A DNA stretch of 64,000 nucleotides from Eledone cirrhosa (Eukaryota). The number at the start of each line of letters is the position of its first letter. The stretch's first letter is position 1. Shown piece by piece: positions 12,668-25,700 of the stretch. The stretch lies in the NCBI GenBank assembly GCA_964016885.1, contig OZ024743.1, positions 334,614,001 through 334,678,000 on the forward strand. Reading direction: 5' to 3'. Under the pieces are notes generated by a model. That model saw only the letters and a list, made by a program, of their open reading frames with translations, ran no database searches and was not told the DNA's origin. A program made the translations under genes and the position numbers.

Positions 12668-13903
12668 CAGGATGCGGAAGGTATTTGAGGACATGCATTT
12701 TTAGTCATTATTTTATTTGACTAATTTTTATTGAACTTCCATTTCAGAAAATAACAATGAAAATAACTATGCTTACTAATGAAATGAAAAGGCATGTTGT
12801 GGTTGTGGCTTTGATAGCTAAGCATTGGTATTTAGAAATTTCTCGAATTTCTCGTTGAAAGTTGCACATCTTTTGTCCACAAGATTCGGTGTGAGTTAGA
12901 GAAAGAAGATGGAAGCGTATTACTTGTATCAAAACGTAAAAAACATTCCAAATACTCTGATTCTATCAGGACACCTGAATTTATTCAGGAAGTTAAGCAA
13001 ACCACTGATGACAATCCAGGAAAATCAATAAGGTCAATTGCAAAAAAACTTTGGTGTGCCAGAAAAAACAATCAGAAATGTTTTGCATGAAGACATCAGA
13101 TACAAATCTTACGTGATGAGGAGAGGTAAATTCATGTCAGAAAAAACAAAAGAAAACCGTTTAATCAGATCCAAAAGACTTTTGAACAAACTTAAAAATC
13201 CATCAGAAGATGTGATTTGGCTTTTCTCAGATGAGAAAAACTTAGACTAGGACCAGAAAACTAACAGAATAAATTACAGGTGGCTATGTGCAGACCCTTC
13301 TGAGGTTCCAAGAGTAATGCACACAACATTTCATGCACGTGTCATGGTTTGGGGTGTTGTTAACAATGAAGGACATGTGATCCTCCTCACTTTTTCCACA
13401 AGGCCTTAGGGTGAATGCTGCTGCATATATTGAGGTTCTGGATAAAGTTGTTAAGCCTTGAATCAACAGTGTATGCAATGGAAGGCCTTATGTCTTTCAA
13501 CAAGATTCTGCACCATCACACAATGACACAAGAATGGATGGTAGTAACATTGCATAATCACATCAACAGCAACATTTAGCCTCCTTATTCACTGGACTAT
13601 TACGTATGGAGCATCGTTGAAAAAAATGTCAATGAACACTCCCATAACACCAAATATTCTTTAAAGCCACAATAGTTCGAGTCTCCGATATGAACAAGGA
13701 CCACTTAATCCGAGCTTGTAAACGATTTTGACCCGCGTAAAGGCAGTTATTAATGCTTATGGTGGTTTTATTGAATGAAATTATTAAATTAATAATTTAA
13801 CTTTATGTTTATGTTATTTTTATAAGAAAACAGTTTTTTCTGTTATTATAGAAGCGTTTTTTTAAAAACCACAAATCTATCCTCAAATACTGTCCTCACC
13901 CTG
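12668..13903 (+). mobile_element. Tc1/mariner DNA transposon, defective, probably DD37D/maT-like
   Basis: TA flanks; imperfect TIRs CAGG.TG.G.A..GTATTTGAGGA; transposase remnants WLFSDEK, VMVWG, FQQDSAPSH, LDYYVWSI with stops and frameshifts. Confidence 0.88.
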
Positions 13904-13912
13904 TATATATAT

Positions 13913-14752
13913 GAAAAAATGGAGAAAAAGACGATTATTAGGGAGAAAAATATATTTTTTTCCTTTTATTTTTTCTGGGTTACAAAATGTTTAAAACAAA
14001 ATACTTTACTTTGTGTTATGGTATTAGTTAATTTATTTATTAATTAACAATGGCACTTATTTATTTATTTGTTTATACATTTAATAATTGTCTACTACCG
14101 GTTTCAGCATTTTATGCATTATCAAAGGGGGAAATTTGTATTGATGTGATGTTGAACATGTTAAGGAAATGGGGAAGAAAGAATATTATTTACAAACAAG
14201 GTTTTTGAAGTGAAATGAAAAAAGAAAGAAGAAAAATATGGGGGTTATGTGGAACATGATAAGGTAATGGGAAAGAAAAAAATAATATTATTTACAGGCA
14301 TTGTTCTTGAGGATAAGCAGTTCAAAATGTGTTCTTATGGCAAGAGCGCTTAGTTGAACCAATAGTTGGAGGCAACATTTTTTTTCTTTCCCATTACCTT
14401 ATCATGTTCCACATCAGCACCATTTTTTTTTCTTCTTTCTTTTTTCTTTTCACTTCAAAAACCTTGTTTGTAAATAATATTATTCTTTCTTCCCCATTTC
14501 CTTAACATGTTCAACATCACATCAATACAATTCCCCCCTTTGATATTGCATAAAATGCTGAAACCGGTAATAGACAATTATTAAATGTATAAATAAATAA
14601 ATAAATGCCATTGTTAATTAATAAATAAATTAACTAATTCACACAAGGTAAAATATTTTGTTTTAAACATTTTCTAACCCAGAAAAAAGAGAAAAAAATA
14701 AAAGGAAAAAAAAAATTGTTCTCCCTAATAATCGTCTTTTTCTCGATTTTTT
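13913..14752. repeat. Fold-back element (arms 13913-14283 and 14377-14752) with degenerate HHR
   Basis: Arms are reverse complements; right arm has TTGATAT-T-GCAT-AAA-ATGC-T-GAAAC-CG-GTA at about 14539-14569; TA flanks. Confidence 0.85.
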
Positions 14753-14753
14753 A

Positions 14754-14787
<34 letters not shown>

Positions 14788-15021
14788 GTATGTATGTAAA
14801 AGGTAAACAGAAATAACAACAAAATCGGTACAGTATATGGAAGGGATATATTAGGTCAACGCTTGATATAGAAAGAAGAGGGTCTTAACGTTTCGGACGC
14901 TAGTCCTTCACGAGAAGAGATAAAAAGAAATAAAATAGATTGAGGGGACGGGCGGGTTGGAATTGGAAAAAATGTCTTTAGATAAAAATAACAGGTCTAT
15001 TTATGTTGACATCTCTTGCAA

Positions 15022-15075
<54 letters not shown>

Positions 15076-15077
<2 letters not shown>

Positions 15078-16013
15078 TAAATTTCTTTAAGTCGTTTGGA
15101 AGCCTCGACAATGCAGATGGGTATACCTCCAGGTAACAAGATCTGGTGGTGGAGAGAGAGATGTAAGTGGGTGTACGTTGAGATGCGTGGCGTGTAGAAG
15201 ACTGTAGCGTGTAGAAGAATGTAGGAAAGAGCGTAAAGGATAAAAATAAAAATAATTGTTTCTACTTTAGGCACAAGGCCAACAATTACCCAGTGCATTA
15301 CTGGTACTTTATTTTATCAATCCCGTAAGGATGAAAGGCAAAGTCAACCTCGACGGGATTTGAACTCAGATCGTAAAGGGACGTAACTATGCTGGAAAGC
15401 ATGGCGTCCGACCCTCTACCGATACTGCCAATCCACCGCCCTTAAAAATAAAAAATAATAACACGAGATAGAGTTACCTTGGGAGAGATTTAATTGTCCC
15501 TATATATTTCGGATTCACATCCATCAACTGGGGTTTTTTTCCGGGGAGGAGGAAAGGTTGTCTGTCGGAAAGGTGCGAAACGTATCCTCCGCTGTTCGTT
15601 GTTTTGAATATCTGCTATTCAAAATATATATCAGATATTCAAAACAACGAACAGCGGAGGACACGTTTCGCACCTTTCCGACAGACAACCTTCCCCCCTC
15701 CCCGGAAAAAAAACCCAGTTGATGGATGTGAATCCGAAATATATAGGGACAATTAAATCTTTCCCAAGGTAACTCTATCTCGTGTTATTATTTTTATTTT
15801 TATCCTTTACGCTCTTTCCTACATTCTTCTACACGCTACAGTCTTCTACACGCCACGCATCTCAACGTACACCCACTTACATCTCTCTCTCTCCACCACC
15901 GGATCTTGTTACCCGGAGATTTACCCATCTGCATTGTCGAGGCTTCCAAACGACTTAAAGAAATTTACCTTATTATTCCACAATGCTTCAAGCAAACTTC
16001 AATACTCTTTTAA
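15076..16013. repeat. Fold-back element (arms 15076-15614 and 15632-15969) with degenerate HHR
   Basis: Near-perfect inverted arms, 17-bp spacer, right arm extended to 16013; CAGTTGA-T-GGAT-GTGA-ATCC-GAAA-TATA-TA at about 15716-15745. Confidence 0.9.
15254..15441 (-). mobile_element. SINE family A inserted into the left arm of the fold-back
   Basis: Full SINE with TAAAAATAAAAATAAT-type target-site duplication (TSD); absent from the right arm. Confidence 0.9.
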
Positions 16014-16547
16014 ATATATATATATATAAATAAATACATTATCGGAGAAAGCTTTTAGCGATACTCCGGCCAAATCCCAACTCACTCTACAAACATTAGG
16101 AAATAAGTGAGTATATTCCTAATTAAACGTTCAGGGTGCTAACTAATTATATAACTAGACATTTTGATAAAAAAATTCACATATATTCGAACAGCTCACA
16201 GAATACATGAAAAAACATAAACAAAATATTTAATATTTAATATTTGATATGATTAATATACCAATCGAAAACGGTTATATTTAATGCAACAATTATAAAA
16301 TTATTCATTCTATCGGATTAAAGAAGAAATAATCTTTAAATAGACATTTGTGCATTTTCACCTTCACTTTATATATATATGTTGGTCGGGTATCGACTGT
16401 AGTTAAGGTCGAGTGACGTTGCTTCTAACGATCAGCGACTTTTAGACTCACCTGACTAAAGAAACAATTGTTAATAGTGTAAATAAACCCTAATGTACAA
16501 CTGACTATGTTATTCTTCATTCTTTTGCTATATATATATTTATATAC

Positions 16548-16608
<61 letters not shown>

Positions 16609-16610
<2 letters not shown>

Positions 16611-16921
16611 TGTAGAGGTGCGAGATAATTGCGTCCGTAGGCGGTATGCCGGGGTGTGCACTCGATGCGCTTGGGAAGCAGAGAATCAGTAGTATTAGAA
16701 TGAAGGAGCAAACAATCAGTGTTGCATCATAACATAATTAATAACATATTACATATGTTTCACTGTCGATCAGCTCGAGGAACGATCTAATAGTGATCGA
16801 ACCAGACTCTGGAATCGAAAGATCCTCAGATATGCTTCAATATGTAAGCTCGTTTCTGTAATATGTTATTAAACATGTTATGATGCAACACTGATTCTTT
16901 ATTACCTTATTCTAATACTAC
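16609..16921. repeat. Fold-back element (arms 16689-16753 and 16858-16921) with HHR in the loop
   Basis: GTAGTATTAGAAT...ATATTACA vs TGTAATAT...ATTCTAATACTAC; lies between TA tracts. Confidence 0.8.
16744..16835 (-). ncRNA. Type I hammerhead ribozyme with extended stem II
   Basis: Minus strand GCATAT-CTGAGGA-T-CTTTCGAT...ATCGACAG-T-GAAAC-ATAT-GTA-ATATGT. Confidence 0.75.
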
Positions 16922-16932
16922 CCCCCCCCCCC

Positions 16933-16963
<31 letters not shown>

Positions 16964-16968
16964 TTATA

Positions 16969-17149
16969 GGCAAGACAAACACAGGGATGCAAAAACCAAA
17001 GTCTTATCAGTTTCACGTCTGGAAAGAAGTAAATGTTTCAATGTGTCCGACATAAGTCCTTCTTCAGGAAATGTAGAGTGTAGAGAGAGGAGAGAGAGAG
17101 AGCAGAGAGAGCAGAGAGAGCAGAGAGAGCTGAGAGAGAGAGAGAGAGA

Positions 17150-17223
<74 letters not shown>

Positions 17224-17400
17224 TACAAGTTTTAAGATGGCTGGAGAGGTGGGGTGATGTTGTGTATGTGCCGAGGCGGAGAGTCGAGATGTGTCATGGA
17301 TGCTGTTACATGTGTGGAGATGGCGTACATTTTGTGGTTGTGCATTATTGCTTACGTATCTGTGTGTGTGTGTGGTGTGCGTATCGTTGATGGAAGTGTG
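16969..17400 (-). mobile_element. Probable PLE 3' remnant with degenerate HHR and (GA)n tract
   Basis: Minus strand CTGAAGA-A-GGAC-TTAT-GTCG-GACAC at 17041-17068, adjacent to a (TA)n run. Confidence 0.45.
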
Positions 17401-18248
17401 TTTATATATTACGGTGTGGTATGCTATTGTCCCCTAACTCCTGATGTAGTTGTAGGGGTGCCGTGGTGGTATACGGCGTTTCATGGACATCTTAAGCCTG
17501 GTGGAGAACATACACCTCCAGGCTTGAACACACCAGATTTCTTCAAGAGAAGGATGGAGAATAAGAGAGACCAAATAAGAAAGAGATATAGAGAAAGAAT
17601 GGAACCCAGTACTAGACTGGTACTTTTTTATCGAAAGGATGAAAGGCAAAGTTGACATACAAGATATATCCAAAATATCTATTATATTAAAGTCGTTGTT
17701 TCTGCCAATACTGGAAGATAAAAGAAAATCGAAAAAAGAAGCAAGTATGCTTGTCTTTGATAATTTCCTGTAATTCTTAGCATAGATATGAATAACACGA
17801 GAACCTTTAATTCAGAAAAAAAGAACGTGAAGCTTAAGACGATAGAATGACATGTTTCAAGCTCAAACGCACCATAATATAGCTGTCCCAAAGGACGAAA
17901 GCATAGTCGATATAATTGTTGGTGAAGAGCGCAAGTCAGGTTAGTTTTATATGTATACATTCTCCAGCTTAAATGGAAAAGATAAGCGACATTACAAGTA
18001 AACTAATTTGTTAACACGAGAATATGCCACGTATGGTCAACAGAATGAGATAACTCTATCTCCAGTTTGAATAAGGGATTCAGTTTGAAATTCCGAGAAA
18101 ATTCCTAATACGACATGTACTGGAAGAAGGCTTTCAGTTAGAACGTTCGAAACGTTGTGATTATAGTCTCCCTAGATGAGAAGACAGTATGTATAATTCA
18201 ATTAATAAGAAGGATCATTCTTCGTTTAAGGAATTCACAAAAGACATA

Positions 18249-19006
18249 CAGGGTGTGTGGAAAGAAACTCCCTATTTAAAATTGTTAACTTTATTAAGTT
18301 ATTAACAAATGGCCTCCAGCAGGTTCGAACCCCGCGAGATAGAGTGGCTGTTTCAGTGCGTCACCCTCGCCGTTCTCCGGGGCAATGTATTCTCCATCCT
18401 GTCGACCGGGACCCAGAGGTGGGGGTTAAGTTAATTGGAAGGGGAGGATACTCGTTCAGACGTCACTTTCTCCCTATCCCTTAAATAATCTCTTCATTTA
18501 TTTATCTTTACATTATATTCGATATTATACGATATTATACTCTATTTCAGCAAATTGACTTTATCGATTATTGGTCGATTTTCATAAAACATATTTTATT
18601 TTGAACACTACAATAGAAGTATAATACAGTGTTAACATTCTACATAGGGACCAGATTGGTCCACCAGTATGGGTATATCCTCAACTGGTCTCATTAGGAA
18701 CTCAAGCTGTACGTGTGTCAGTATATGTTGAATGCCTTCTTCCAATTGAGTCAAAAGTTTTGGTTTTGAGTTAAAAACTTCATTCGCTCAACCCACAGGA
18801 AAGAATCACATGGCACTGGGTCAGGGCTTCTCGCTGGTCATTCATGTGGACTTCGACGACCATACGAACGTCCAGAAAATTTATATATCAAGCAACTCAT
18901 GAACATTTATTGCATAAATATAAAGTCATTGATCTTGTTCCACGTGGTCCAGTAGGCCAAAAGTTATAAGTAGGTTTTAATAGGGAGTTTCTTTCCACTT
19001 ATCCTG
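18249..19006 (-). mobile_element. Non-autonomous Tc1/mariner element
   Basis: TA TSD; TIRs CAGGGTGTGTGGAAAGAAACTCCCTATT / AATAGGGAGTTTCTTTCCACTTATCCTG; minus-strand remnant *PARSPDPVPCDSFLW. Confidence 0.85.
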
Positions 19007-21448
19007 TAGTTTACTGTGATGGGCAAAACATTTAAAATGTCTGCAATTTGCAGAGAAAGAATGCTTTAATAAAAAAAAAAGAATGAAAAGACAAAGGATA
19101 AGCGTGCCGAAGTTGAGTACAATGATTAACTGGTTGACTATTGTACGGAGAATGATAAACCTTTTAGTATTTACATTACTCTATATTTACTATTGTATAT
19201 TAGCGGTAAAGGCTTTATCTCACATAATTATCGTACATAATATCGAATCTACGAAATTTTGATGACATTATTGTTTATTTTTGAGAACGATATCTTAACG
19301 CCGGTATGAGAGACTGGTTACAACCAGTTTAAACAGAAAAAAAAAAAGCGAGAGAATGTTGGCCGGATATGGCCAGTTTAAATGTTAAAGTGTTAAATGA
19401 GTATAAGAATTTGACAAACACTAAGTTGGCCTAATAGTATTCGATCTATCAACATTATATATATGTCTAATAGATATGGCTAATATGGGGCACATTATTT
19501 TTCATTGCCTCAACTTCCCGTGCTGCATAGTTTGTGATAAAAGAATGACATATGAATCCTAATGCACCTAGAGCGTTTTAAGAAATGCGAACTAGAATTT
19601 CCAAGTCTGAAATAAGACTCATATCCTTAAGCAAAACAGAAAGTGATGAGGAATGGAATGATAAAATATAAATACATAAAAAATATTGAATCTTCAAGGT
19701 GTGTGGGGTGGCTGGAGTAGGGTATGTGCGTTTGTGTGGAGGTATATAGTATCCAGATAAAAGTTTACATTTAAATTTCAGAGAGACACAAACATAGTAT
19801 GGTGCTGTTAGTAACAAGATTGAATGGTTACTAAATTTGCTTTGCAATCATTTAATCCCAACACGCAGCATCTTGGGCAAGTTTCTTTTACAATGTCGAT
19901 CCAGGCCTTTTGAGTGGGATCGGGTAAACGGAAACTGTTTGAAGTTCGTCAGATGGACTGTAGGACTGTACCTATAATTTAAATGGTCAAACTTGTCACT
20001 CATTGTGTCATGGTGAATCTCCACGCGAATTGCGTTAAGGATACACGTGTTTTTGGAATGTTTAGCTACTTACACGTTAAGTTTGATTGAACAACTGGAA
20101 CACGCATTGTCGAAACCGACGGAGATCAATTTCTATTATAGGTCATCTACCTATTTGAGAGTATACGTGTGATTGTATGTTTATATGTCACCTAAAGATC
20201 CGAAACGGTGCGTCCTAGAGAAAAACGGATTTTATTTTCGACATCTGCGTCCCAAAGGTTTTGAGTAAATGGCGTTGCTTAATTCAGAAGAGAATAAAAG
20301 AAATAGAAAATAGTTATACTATCGATCAATGTTACTGTGACTATTTAAGTAGTCTGGGTTTTATTGATCATCTCATGTATTCAACAGGACCTTATTATTC
20401 CGTCCATCCATGCCGTCAGTAGGGGCATTGTTTTCGCTATGAGGCAGAGAGTTGTCCTCACAGAGGTCACGCGATATTTACGTGAAGAGACTCACTATAA
20501 AGTACACAACAACAACAAAAACTTACATCATTTCAACATACAGCTCCACTGAGTAAATTTCCATAGAAACCACCTTGGGAACGATTGACAGTTCACGGGG
20601 ATGGGCAATGGGGAATAAGTAACGGGCGATGAGGCGCAGGTGAGACATGGTCTGACATGGAATAAAACTATATTGTGTGAAAGACATTCTATGGTGAAAA
20701 TTACCTGGCAACGACGGGCATCTCTGCTAGTATTGAATAAATGGTCGATCAGTAATTCCAAGAACATTATAGAATACGACAGGCATCGAAATACTCGTTG
20801 TGATTATAACATTAGTCCGAATAAATCTGTTTATAATAATTATGTCTATAATTCCAAGATTTAGCAAATTCAATCAAAATATTAAGAGACAGAAAATATT
20901 AAGAGGCAGAAAGTTTCTTGTGTTTTGAATACACATTCTTCATCGCCGATCACAAATCCACACTAAAGTTCTAAATCCTTTTCTTTGAGCTGTTAAGAGC
21001 TGCGCTCGTAATTTCAACCATAATAGCCATAGAACGAAATAAATGTTATTCCAACAGGGGCCCATGTTATTTATATAATGCAGTAGTAATTTAAAAACAA
21101 GTTGGACATTTAAATTCTTCATCAGATACCATTATCTCATAATAAATTGTCATTGATATGATACATTTTTCATGCTTATTCTCAAGTTGAAAACTACTCT
21201 ATCTATATATATATCAGGATAGTTGCTTGAAACATTATTTTAGAAAGAAAACATATGTACAGCTGCAAACAACGATATTTTTGCTAATCGACATACAGCT
21301 ATATGCTTTATAGTCTACACGAAATCTTAATTTTCCTATGGATAAGATCTATGATGTTTCCTAGCACACCATTCACACTAGGAATATTGAAATTGTTCTA
21401 CTGTCAAGACTTTGCTATTAAACTAAACCCATAATCACTCACGTGCTT

Positions 21449-21449
<1 letters not shown>

Positions 21450-21520
<71 letters not shown>

Positions 21521-21750
21521 CCCTCTCTTTTTAACTCTCTCTCTCTCACACACATATTCACTCTCCTATACACATTCTCTCACAATTACTCACGAATGCA
21601 CACATATCCACAACCCTACACACACACACACATACACACACTTAATCACCTATACACATTTTCATACTATCACTTACAAACTACACAGATCCACAACCTT
21701 ACGCACTCACTCACACACACACTCGCTCACACACAGTCACCCTCTCTCTC
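21450..21750. repeat. (TC)n and (CA)-rich low-complexity tract
   Basis: Directly visible. Confidence 0.9.
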
Positions 21751-22189
21751 ACATTATCATATTGTTCCAATCCTATGCAGAGAAGCATAAATTCATATAA
21801 AACATCATGAATGTAATAATGGGGACGACTTAATCGTCAGTTTCTATTAGTTGAATCTTTATTATATGATTTATTACCGTGAATATTTCTTATATATAAA
21901 GTAACATCCTTATGTATAGGCACAATTATTGCTTCATAGTGGTTTTAATTTCTGAAATACATTGTCAGTAAGATAGAGATAAAGAGGAGAGCGAATGTTA
22001 GGATATGTTTATAAATCTCTTGCAATAATGTATCTCCACATACAACATCTAACGTGGATGCAATATGACCGACTGTTTAAGAAGGTCTCTTCGTAAATGT
22101 TTAAGTCCAGAGTTTGACCCTATTTCCTGGCGTCTTGGACTAGCGTAATTTACCATAGGCTAGGCTAAAATCTGTTTCAAGCCAAAAGG

Positions 22190-22430
22190 ATCGTTAGGCC
22201 GGTGCTTATCCCGGTTTTCTAGCGTGAAGCGACTAAGTGTACAAGACTCCCCACCTGGACAGGATACCAGTCCATCCCAGGGTTAAATCTCCAGCTATTG
22301 CTGGTACTTGTTTTCAGTTGAGTATACTAGAGCAACGTGAAATGAAGTGTTGAGCTTAAGGACACAGCACATAATCCAGCACAGGAATGGAACCCAGCCC
22401 AGTAAGATCGTAAGTCCAACACCCTTATGA
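22190..22430 (-). mobile_element. CORE-like SINE (third family)
   Basis: GTGAAATGAAGTGTTGAGCTTAAGGACACAGC resembles the antisense CORE domain; matches 11760-12035. Confidence 0.55.
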
Positions 22431-22616
22431 TTAAGATACTCCGTTGATCAAACAAAAGGAACACTCATCGTCAAGGTCGATGCAGGGTCATTCCTTTCCT
22501 CTATACCCAATGTCAGGATTACTGCAACTAAAAGTATACCAGTTTTAATCATCTCAGTGTGTATAGTTATGAACAGAATATTATCTTCAATTTCTATCAC
22601 AGCGATATTATTATAT

Positions 22617-22838
22617 TGCGGTGGATTGGCAGTATCAGTAGAGGGTTGGATGCCATGCTTTGCAGCACAGAGTTACAGCCCTTTATGATCTGAGTTTAAA
22701 TCCTACCGAGGTTAACTTTGCCTTTCAACCTTACGGGGTGGATAAAATAAAGCACCAGTCACGCACTGGGGTCGATTTACTCGACTTTCCTCTTCCTCAA
22801 AATTGCTGGCCTTGTGCCTATAGTAGAAATAATTATTA
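22617..22838 (+). mobile_element. SINE family A, full length
   Basis: A-box, B-box, central domain, tail. Confidence 0.85.
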
Positions 22839-23254
22839 TATTGCATGCATTGTCTCGAAACTCTTGAGGGAGTCGCAGGGACACTGTACTGATATATGGT
22901 GATTCTAGGGCATTGTTTTAAAATCTGTCGGATCTCATCTCCTTTCCAGGCCTGAATACAGTAGATTCTTCCAGAGTACGATAGAGAGTGAGAGAATGGA
23001 AATGAGAAAGAGATATAGAGGAAGAATCAACTCTAACACAAAAGTAACCTCGTCGAGATTTGAACTCAGAGATCAGGGAACTGAAACGAATACCTCGAAC
23101 AATTCTCTCCGACGTTCTAACGACCTTACCAATTCTTCGGTGTATTGTTATATTAGATTTAAAAAAAGTTATGTTTAAGTAACTATCCTGTAACTAGAAA
23201 GCTTTATTCAATAATTATATTCTATCCTTACCACCGTAACTATTTAGAAATTCA

Positions 23255-23259
<5 letters not shown>

Positions 23260-23307
<48 letters not shown>

Positions 23308-23610
23308 ATATATATATATATATGTATATATATATGTATATATATATGTATATATATATATATGTATATATATATGTATATATATATATGTATATATATA
23401 TATGTATATATATATGTATATATATATATGTATATATATATATGTATATATATATGTATATATATATGTATATATGTATATATATATATATGTATATATG
23501 TATATATATATATATATGTATATATATACATGTATATATATATGTATATATATATATGTATATATATATATATGTATATATATATATGTATATATATATG
23601 TATATATATA
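23260..23610. repeat. (TA)n/(TATATATG)n microsatellite
   Basis: Directly visible. Confidence 0.95.
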
Positions 23611-23729
23611 TAAATGGAATAGAATGAAACGAAATTTCATTTCTCACTCTTAGTACGGCACTTACTTAAATGTAAGTATGTATGTATACGTACATACATA
23701 TATGTATACAGACGTACAGTAGCATGTAT

Positions 23730-23822
<93 letters not shown>

Positions 23823-24318
23823 CAGGCACACATATATATATGTACGTATCAGTTTACCGAACATTTATTATAATGTTCGCTTTGTTCGTTTGTAAACAAA
23901 CGTATACATATATGTATGTACGTATACATACATACTTACATTTAAGTAAGTGCCGTACTAAGAGTGAGAAATGAAATTTCGTTTCATTCTATTCCATTTA
24001 TCGTTTTCGGTGCGCCTGGCCGACTGAACTCACTCGATTTGCAAATTAGGCTGCTCAGCCGTTAATTTTCATAAGGAAAGTATATACTTTCGAACGTTCA
24101 ACCATCTGGCAGAAAGGTATACGGTGCTGACGATAGCTAACAAGCTTGAAACTAGTATATCGTTCCTGTGTCAGTGTTGAACAAAAACGTGACGTGGTTG
24201 CCTGAACACTGTACGGCGTAAATCAGGCTGTCCGTTTGTTTACAAACGAACAAAGCGAACATTATAATAAATGTTCGGTAAACTGATACGTACATATATA
24301 TATATGTGTGTCTGTATG

Positions 24319-24369
<51 letters not shown>

Positions 24370-24422
24370 GCTACTGTACGTCTGTATACATATATGTATG
24401 TACGTATACATACATACTTACA
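23610..24422. mobile_element. Retrozyme-like HHR repeat in fold-back configuration
   Basis: Same family as 8215-8746; 23610-23902 is antisense to parts of 23903-24422 in circularly permuted order. Confidence 0.82.
24121..24163 (+). ncRNA. Type I minimal hammerhead ribozyme
   Basis: ACGGTG-CTGACGA-T-AGCT-AACA-AGCT-T-GAAAC-TA-GTA-TATCGT. Confidence 0.8.
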
Positions 24423-24451
24423 CATATATATATATATATGTGTATATATAT

Positions 24452-25015
24452 GAAAAGTGTAATTTACTACACAATACGAAGGTTATAGAGAAAATTGAGG
24501 TTGGTAATGGCACATGGAATATATAAGAGACAGAATACTTTTTTGTGAAAAAACATATAATTTTATAAGGTAAGGAAATAATAAAGAGTATAAAAAATGA
24601 CCGGTTTCGATGGGTCTGCAAAAGCCATCTTTTCAAATGTTGATTAATATTAAGAAAAATTAATAATAAGAAGAGTTAAAATTTGAGATTTGAAAATTCA
24701 AGTATAAAATTCATTGTGGGATTTCATAGTAGTTTTCATCTTGGTTTTCATCTGCTACCAAGATGAAAACTACTATGAAATCCCACAATGAATTTTATAC
24801 TTGAATTTTCAAATCTCAAATTTTAACTCTTCTTATTATTAATTTTTCTTAATATTAATCAACATTTGAAAAGATGGCTTTTGCAGACCCATCGAAGCCG
24901 GTCATTTTTTTATACCCTTTATTATTTCCTTACCTTATAAAATTATATGTTTTTTCACAAAAAAGTATTCTGTCTCTTATATATTCCATGTGCCATTACC
25001 AATCTCAATTTTCTC

Positions 25016-25018
<3 letters not shown>
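24452..25018. repeat. Fold-back element (arms 24485-24745 and 24757-25018) with degenerate HHR
   Basis: Arms of about 260 bp, near-identical, 11-bp spacer; TTGAAAA-GATGG...CCATC-GAAAC-CG-GTC on the outward strand; TA flanks. Confidence 0.9.
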
Positions 25019-25081
<63 letters not shown>

Positions 25082-25092
25082 TACATATATAC

Positions 25093-25123
<31 letters not shown>

Positions 25124-25192
25124 CATATATATATACATATATATATACATATATATATACATACATATATATATATATATATGTATACATAC

Positions 25193-25261
<69 letters not shown>

Positions 25262-25265
<4 letters not shown>

Positions 25266-25700
25266 CATAGGGCGGGTAAAATTCCCGAGATCCATGGATG
25301 AGTTCTCTCCAGCAGTCTCTGTCCCTCATTATCGCTGCCATGTCCTGCGTCTCCAACAGACCAGTGTCTGTCCTTAGGGCATCAGCATACGTCAACCTTG
25401 GTCTTCCTCTTCCAGTGTGTCCATGCAGGGGCTCCCACGGGAGCACTGAGTGCAATGTCAACTCTGGATGTCGGTGAGCATGTCCAGCTAACCTCGGTCT
25501 CCTCTGTGCCACTTTTGAGCTGACATTTGGGAGGCTCCCATACACTCTGAGTTGTTCATCCTCTGTGTATACTGATTAACGTTCAGAGCCATCCTCAGCA
25601 TTCTCGTGTAGCACCCATCCACCATCTGAGTGAGTTTCATGGTTAGTGTCCAAGTCTCAGACCCGTACAGCAGCACAGACTCCACTACAGCAATGAAGAT
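25262..25700 (-). mobile_element. RTE-clade LINE 3' fragment
   Basis: [47 protein letters not shown]. Confidence 0.85.

Noticed and set aside
13913-25018. Inverted repeats read as MITEs or Foldback DNA transposons
   Set aside because: Arms are usually unequal in length, lack conserved TIR ends and carry outward HHR motifs; the largest example encodes a PLE RT. True TIR elements (12668, 18249) look different
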